Source: an uncultured Planctomycetota bacterium (GTDB lineage: Bacteria; Planctomycetota; Planctomycetia; Isosphaerales; Isosphaeraceae). Taken from it: a DNA stretch of 64,000 nucleotides. Shown piece after piece: positions 58,799-64,000 of this stretch. Where the stretch lies: positions 1-64,000 of the forward strand of contig CAWJTV010000027.1 in NCBI GenBank assembly GCA_963845755.1, in the 5' to 3' direction. The position numbers and the translations under genes were made by a program. How positions within the stretch are numbered: position 1 is the stretch's first letter; each line of letters begins with the position of its first letter. The notes beneath the pieces were generated by a model. It saw nothing but the letters and a program-made list of their open reading frames with translations, was not told the origin of the DNA and did no database searches.

Positions 58799-59167
58799 TG
58801 AGTCGGTCTCCGGTTGGACTGGTCGGCCCGATTTCTCGGGCCTGGTCCATCCGTTGGCCGGTCCCCACCCCAAGGGTTGAGGAAAAAAACTGGTCGCACT
58901 TCGCTCCTCGTAACGGTGGCCAGGCCGACGACCTATCACCGGGCCGCTCGCGAGAGCCATCCCGATTCCTAGCCATCCACCTCGCCGCCAACGAAGAACG
59001 TGTGCCGGTCCTTGCGAGCCATCCCGACGCCTGCTAACCTGGGGACCACCCAGGCCGGGCGTTTCCGGACGAGTCCTCGCACGCCGGCTTCCCTCAAGGG
59101 TTCATGACGCGACGAATTCTTATCTTCGTCTCGTTCTCTTTTGGCTGACTAAATGCCATCAACCGAA

Positions 59168-59179
59168 TTGTCAAAGAAT
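59168..59179 (-). promoter_or_regulatory. BoxA-like antitermination site in the rrn leader (second copy at 56678-56689 in the spacer)
   Basis: ATTCTTTGACAA and GTTCTTTGTCAA on the minus strand. Confidence 0.6.
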
Positions 59180-59361
59180 CGAATCGAACGATCGGTCTGC
59201 TGATAGACGTCCGACCTCGTGAAAAGGTTCGAAGGTCTCTTCAACTGCGATCGTCTTGCCTCATCAACTTCCACCGACGCCATCGGCCGGTGCAAGGTTG
59301 CTTTTGAGCAACCCACCCCGGCCGTCGTTCGACCTACGGTTTTGGTCGTGAGGCAAGAGCA

Positions 59362-59389
59362 ATACTACCTCAAGAATCGCGGCAGTCAA
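59362..59389 (-). promoter_or_regulatory. Putative rRNA promoter
   Basis: TTGACT-N16-TAGTAT on the minus strand, upstream of BoxA. Confidence 0.55.
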
Positions 59390-59719
59390 CTCCCTGCCCC
59401 GAAGAATTAGCGAAAATCGGGACGCCGGCCGATGGGCCTGCGGATTTTGTCGGTCTGAACTGATGGTATGACAAGGATTTCCGCCACCTTCCCTTTGCAT
59501 GAAGTTCGTGCCATCAAACGTCGATGAAATCGGGAAAAGGGCATTAGGTCGGCCAATCCCAGCCACGGTGAGACCCGGTCCCGCCCCGACGAAGACCCGA
59601 CCGAACCGGATTGGTGGATGTTCGGGTCGCGAGGCATTCGGGCCTCGGCGGGCCAGCGCCCGTTCCTGAACTGGGATTCCCTCTCGTCCCCAAGGCACCT
59701 CCTGGGAGTGCACCCCAAT

Positions 59720-60022
59720 ATGACCGCCACCCTCCCAAAAACCATGCAGAACGATTGGGTCAAGACGGTCCTTTTCGACCGGGGCTATCTGGCTCGAATC
59801 CGTGGCGAGGCCATCAAGGTCTATCTGGCCATCATCGAGGCGTGCGGCGGCCTCCCCGACCAGAGCGTATCGATCAGCCTCAACGGCCTCATGCGGCGCA
59901 CCCAGTTGTCCTGCCCGACCATCATCGACTCGCTGGCTCGACTCGAGGACCTCGGCCTGGTCGTCTCGACCACTCATCAGCCCGGCAAGGTGAAGACCTA
60001 TTACCTTCCCAGTAGGCAGTAG
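59720..60022 (+). CDS. Small winged-helix DNA-binding protein
   Basis: AIKVYLAI...SISLNGLMRRTQLSCPTIIDSLARLEDLGLV. Confidence 0.7.
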   Translation: MTATLPKTMQNDWVKTVLFDRGYLARIRGEAIKVYLAIIEACGGLPDQSVSISLNGLMRRTQLSCPTIIDSLARLEDLGLVVSTTHQPGKVKTYYLPSRQ

Positions 60023-60155
60023 GCAGCGATGACAGTGAACCCCCATTCGTTCGTGCGGACATCGAAGGCGAACAAGCACAGAGGGTCGGCAACCGTCAAC
60101 AGTGGTCCGTGGCCAGTGCTCTTCACTGCCCACGGCCTACTGCCTACTGCCTACT
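60010..60155. repeat. Inverted heptamer repeats (CAGTAGG / CTGCCTA)
   Basis: CAGTAGGCAGTAGGCAG at 60010-60026; (CTGCCTA)n at 60126-60155. Confidence 0.7.
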
Positions 60156-60161
60156 AAAGCA

Positions 60162-61193
60162 ATGAACTACTTCTTCCGAGTCGAGCACGACTTGCTTCGC
60201 TCCGAGGCGTTCAAGACGTTGGGGGGCTCGGCGATCAAGGTCTACCTGGTGATCGGGCTGTATTCCGACTTCGGGACCGACTGGGCTTATCCCAGCATCC
60301 GGACGATCGCCCGGCAGGCCGGCCTGAGCCGGCAGACGGTGCTGGCAGCCATCGAGCACCTGACCGGTGTGGGGCTGCTGGCCACCAGCAAGGCGAAGGG
60401 TCGGTCAACTGCATACAAGATCCTCCGTGGCGAGGCGCCCCAACGCCCCACACGCTCCAAGTCGCCGCCGGCCGAACCGAGGTCTGAAAAACAGGCGGGC
60501 ACTGGTCCAAAGATTTTAGACCTACCCCCAGAAACTGTCCCAAAATCTTTAGAGGTGTTCCCTTCAAGTGGTCCAGAATCTGGACCAGTCGCGGCCCAAT
60601 CGCTCGGCCCCGCAGGCCCCACGAGTAGGCCCGAACAAGACTTTCTATCAAAAGAGAGCCAGACAGCATCGATCCCGATTCCGGGAACTCCGTTCCGGCT
60701 GACCGCCGAGGGTCGTCTTCTTGTTGCTGTAGATCTGCAAGAACTGCTGACGAACCAGGGAATCCCCGGCCAGTTGGCGCAGCGGCTTGTCGCCCAGAAA
60801 GATCCGGAGGCCGTGGCCAAGGTGCTGCTGAACGCGTTGTATCTTCAAAGTCAGGGCAAACTTCAGAACGGGCCCGGCTACATCCGAACGGGCATCGAGG
60901 ACGGATACGACCTCTTGCCTCAGGTCGCCAGCCGGCTGGAAAACCGCCGGCGTGAGCTGGAAGTTCAGCTCCAGAAGGTCTCCAACCGGGAGCAACAATC
61001 CCGCGAGGCGGCCGAACAAGCTGCCGAGGAAGCCGCCATCTCCTACATGATCGAGCAACTCACCTCCGCGCAGGTCGACGATCTGGTCGAGCGAGCCGTC
61101 CGACTGCTCCCCGAACCGCTCGTCCGGCGCAACCCCACACTCTCCAATCCCTTTGTGCGCGCCAAGGTCTATGAGTTGGCCTGTGGCCCTTGA
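60162..61193 (+). CDS. HTH_36-type winged-helix protein resembling phage/plasmid replication initiators
   Basis: AIKVYLVI...AYPSIRTIARQAGLSRQTVLAAIEHL..VGLL; Pro-rich linker; C-terminal KLQNGPGYIRTGIEDGY. Confidence 0.7.
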   Translation: MNYFFRVEHDLLRSEAFKTLGGSAIKVYLVIGLYSDFGTDWAYPSIRTIARQAGLSRQTVLAAIEHLTGVGLLATSKAKGRSTAYKILRGEAPQRPTRSKSPPAEPRSEKQAGTGPKILDLPPETVPKSLEVFPSSGPESGPVAAQSLGPAGPTSRPEQDFLSKESQTASIPIPGTPFRLTAEGRLLVAVDLQELLTNQGIPGQLAQRLVAQKDPEAVAKVLLNALYLQSQGKLQNGPGYIRTGIEDGYDLLPQVASRLENRRRELEVQLQKVSNREQQSREAAEQAAEEAAISYMIEQLTSAQVDDLVERAVRLLPEPLVRRNPTLSNPFVRAKVYELACGP

Positions 61194-61233
61194 GTTCTTG
61201 GAACGGGCCGAGACCGGCATCGGGGCGTTGTAA

Positions 61234-61416
61234 GAGTCGGTTCCAAAAGCCTCAGAGGGGCGACCGGACGTAGCCAGGGGCCTAAGCCCCTGGACGATCT
61301 GTCGCCCCTCCGGGGCTTCCCGGATCGGAGGACCTTCCCTCGTCCAGGGGCTCACGCCCCTGGCTACGTACTTCCGCCCCATCCGGGGCTCAGGAGGGGA
61401 CTTATGGAACAAACTC
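61234..61416. mobile_element. MITE-like element with imperfect TIRs, TAA flanks and an internal REP pair
   Basis: TAA|GAGTCGGTTCCAAAAG ... CTTATGGAACAAACTC|TAA; internal GTAGCCAGGGGC..GCCCCTGG and CCAGGGGC..GCCCCTGGCTAC. Confidence 0.7.
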
Positions 61417-61718
61417 TAAGGTTGGGCGAAAACCGGCGTGGTTCAGATCGCTCGGCTCCAGGGTAACACTTTTTGCGAAGTGTGGCCGGGTTTGCGCACT
61501 ACAAGCCATTTCAGAGCAGGCTTTTACGGCGAGAGGCCTGCGGCCTTTGCGCCGCCAAGTGTTACCCAGGTTTGAACCAGGCCCGAAAACCCACCGGGAC
61601 CAGCCGGTCCTTGGTGGGTTTCACCGACTCTACCGGGTCATTGGGCAATGGGTTCGACGGCCAGCGCCAAAATGGCAGATGTCAATATGGCAGCCTCTGG
61701 CAAGGCTCAAGGCGCGAT

Positions 61719-63207
61719 TCATCCCGGATACGCAATATCGAACGGGGCGATTTCCCCCGACAACCAGGCCGCCCCAAGGTTAACATCCCTTATGCGGGAT
61801 GGTTTGCGCATGATGAGCAGGTCGCGGACCTGGCCGAGCAACCGTCCTTCGCTCCGGGCTCGGCGGACATGCTGGGGGAGATAGGCACCGTCCATCGGGC
61901 AACTGATCCGCCGCTCCGGGAGAAAACCGGCCCGGGTCGCCGCAGTGTAGCCAAAAAAGGCGTGATCGAGGTAGCCGAAGCCGGCGGGGAGGTCCTTCTC
62001 GGTCTGGGGTGCGAGGAGGAGCGCGAGGTAGCCGCCGGGTTGGAGGGCGGTGAAGGCATGGCGGGCCAGGTCATGGAGGAAGGCCATCCAATCGGAGAGG
62101 GGGGCGGTGGCGATGCCGTCGCGGGGGTATTGTCGGGCGAGCATGGTGTGGTAGGGGGGGTCGCAGAAGATGAGGTTGCAGCCGGTCGCCTCGGGAGGCA
62201 GGCCGCGGCGGACGTCGTGGGGGTGGATTTCGGGTCGGGTTGGATGGAGGTCATAAGCCAGGCAGCGTCGGCCCATCGATGCGCAGACATCGAGCGTGGT
62301 TCCACCGCCGGCCATCGGGTCGACGACCAGGGCGCCGGGGGACGTGTAGTAGTGGAGCGTGTGCGCCACAAGGGCCGGCGGGATCGAGCCGGGATGGGGG
62401 ATGCCGAAGGCCCGGTCGTGGCGGAACGACCAGACGTCGTACGGCGTGGGTCGGAAATCGGCGCTGAAGCGGTCGCGGCGGCGTAAGTCCTTGTGCGCGG
62501 CGTGAATCGTCTTGGTCCCGGCGTCGAGCTGGGCGACGCCGCTCCGGGCCCGGGCGTCGCCCGTGCGGGCCAGCCGCCAGATGGCTCGGGCCTGCCGGTA
62601 GAGGTCCTTTCCTCCCATCCCGAGGTGGCGCGCGATCGCCACATCGGTCCGCCCCCGGCCGACGCCGCGGGTTGGCCCGTCGCGATCGGCCGTGTCAACG
62701 GCATCGCGATCGTCGGAATTCCGACATTCGGCGCTGTCGGACGAGTCGGTGGATTCGACCGGACGGCTGCGCAGGTTCGCCAGACGTCGGGCACCGGCCT
62801 CCGAGCCCCAGAGGTCCTCGAGGGCGTCCGCTTCGCGCATCAATTGACTGAAGGTCTTGCGGCGCTGTCGGTTGTATTCCAGGATCGCGCATCGTCGCGC
62901 ATCACCTCGCGACAGCCGACGGACCTCGCAAGGGACTGCGGTCAGAGCCAGGGCCCGCGCAAGGCCAGTCGCCGGTGTCCGGAAAGGACCTCCCAGGCGC
63001 AGGCTTCGGGCCGGGCGCCACGACCAGCGGGACGAGGATTCCGTGCTCGCGGATGCTCGGCAGCAGGTCGTCGATCTCGGCGGACGGGTCGCCGTAGAGC
63101 GAAAGGCTGAACGGATTGGGATTGAGACGGCTCGGGTCGAGCGGAAGGATTTGGGTTGGCTTCCCGATTGCGCTCGGGCGATTTGCGGTGGCGGGCATGG
63201 CGAGCAT
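61719..63207 (-). CDS. ParB-like N-terminal domain fused to an amino-DNA methyltransferase domain (frameshifts near 62960-63010)
   Basis: L.PNP...LYG...IDDLLPSIREHGILVPLVV, WEVLSGHRR, EYNRQRRK; YDVW, HPG, VVDPMAGGGTT, IFCDPPY. Confidence 0.75.
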
Positions 63208-63590
63208 CCTTGAGGTGACGCGCGGCTTGCGGGCGGGGCATGGCCGGTGATGGCTGGCCGACGCACACGCGGAGGGTTTCCCTTTCCCACTCCGCGCCGT
63301 GGCCCACCCCCGGAGCCGGCTCCGTCCGGCGATCTCCGGCCCATCGAGGAACGGCTCTAGCACAGACGTCGGGGATTGTCCAGAACGATTTCGATGTCGC
63401 GAGAGAGCAAGCGATCGTGCAAACAGCGATTCCCCGTCGAACGGAACGATTTTGGGATGGACGGCGCCGGCGATCCGGGGAGAATGCTCGTTCCATTTCT
63501 CTGTTCGCGAACGCCATTATGGAGACCCTCGGTCGGCGGACCGGCAGGGTCGAGAGACCCGCGCGAACCTGCGCGGCAAGGAGGCCGGGC

Positions 63591-64000
63591 ATGTCCACGC
63601 TGCGCTACGACCCGGCCCACCAGCGAGGACCCATGGGTCAGGGTCATGCGATTCGGGCGGGGTCGGGAGCCGAATCGGATCGGGTCGAGGCCGCCTGGGA
63701 GATCGCGCGGGCAGGTCCGGAGACCGCGCCGTCGTTCCTGACGGTCGTGGTGCCGGCGAAGAACGAGGCGGCGAGCCTGCCGCAACTGGTCAAGGAGATC
63801 GCCCGGGCACTGCGGTGCTCGGGCGAGGGTCCACATGGGTTGGCCGGGTTCGAGATCATCATCGTCAACGACGCGTCAACCGACCGGACTCCGGAGGTCT
63901 TGAGGGCCCTGGCTCTCGATTATCGCGAGCTGAGGGTTCTGGTGCTGGCGGACGGAGTCGGCCAGTCCTCGGCGACATTCGCCGGGATTCGGGCGGCGCG
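63591..64000 (+). CDS. Glycosyltransferase family 2 (partial, runs off the window)
   Basis: AAGGAGG RBS; LTVVVPAKNEAASL, FEIIIVNDASTDRT, GQSSATFAGIRAA. Confidence 0.88.
   Translation, partial: MSTLRYDPAHQRGPMGQGHAIRAGSGAESDRVEAAWEIARAGPETAPSFLTVVVPAKNEAASLPQLVKEIARALRCSGEGPHGLAGFEIIIVNDASTDRTPEVLRALALDYRELRVLVLADGVGQSSATFAGIRAA

Overview
GC-rich planctomycete chromosomal segment. Evidence for the taxon: DUF1559/H-X9-DG genes, DUF4058, Uma2, an ECF/Ser-Thr kinase pair and a 16S gene starting AGGGTTTGATC; an Isosphaeraceae-like assignment is inference. Many genes carry single-base frameshifts, probably long-read assembly errors, so several ORFs in the supplied track are false fusions or splits. 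Contents in order: lysA; a prenyltransferase-repeat/DUF4159 gene; a methyltransferase; an ebo-like inositol cluster (ino1, two TIM barrels, UbiA) interrupted by a Uma2 gene; a HEAT-repeat gene; three tandem [sigma70 promoter - small lipoprotein - DUF1559 - hairpin] cassettes with a sulfatase-like gene; a BlaI/M56 pair with operators; a Ser/Thr kinase-TPR gene with a deleted ECF partner; an ankyrin gene with a structured leader; a hen1 - SUKH-like - pnkp - NADAR RNA-repair operon; uup; a defence-like island; a minus-strand 16S-23S-5S operon with a BrnT toxin relic in its tRNA-less spacer; two wHTH genes; a MITE; a ParB-methyltransferase fusion; a partial GT2. Most notable: the island holds two TIR + FGE-sulfatase (C-type lectin fold) paralogs whose 3' ends differ almost only at positions 1-2 of NNC codons and are followed by identical GGA-triloop hairpins. 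This is the signature of targets of a diversity-generating retroelement (DGR). I saw no RT or template repeat in the window. The targets are interleaved with Rpn-like nucleases that carry putative intragenic antitoxin starts.
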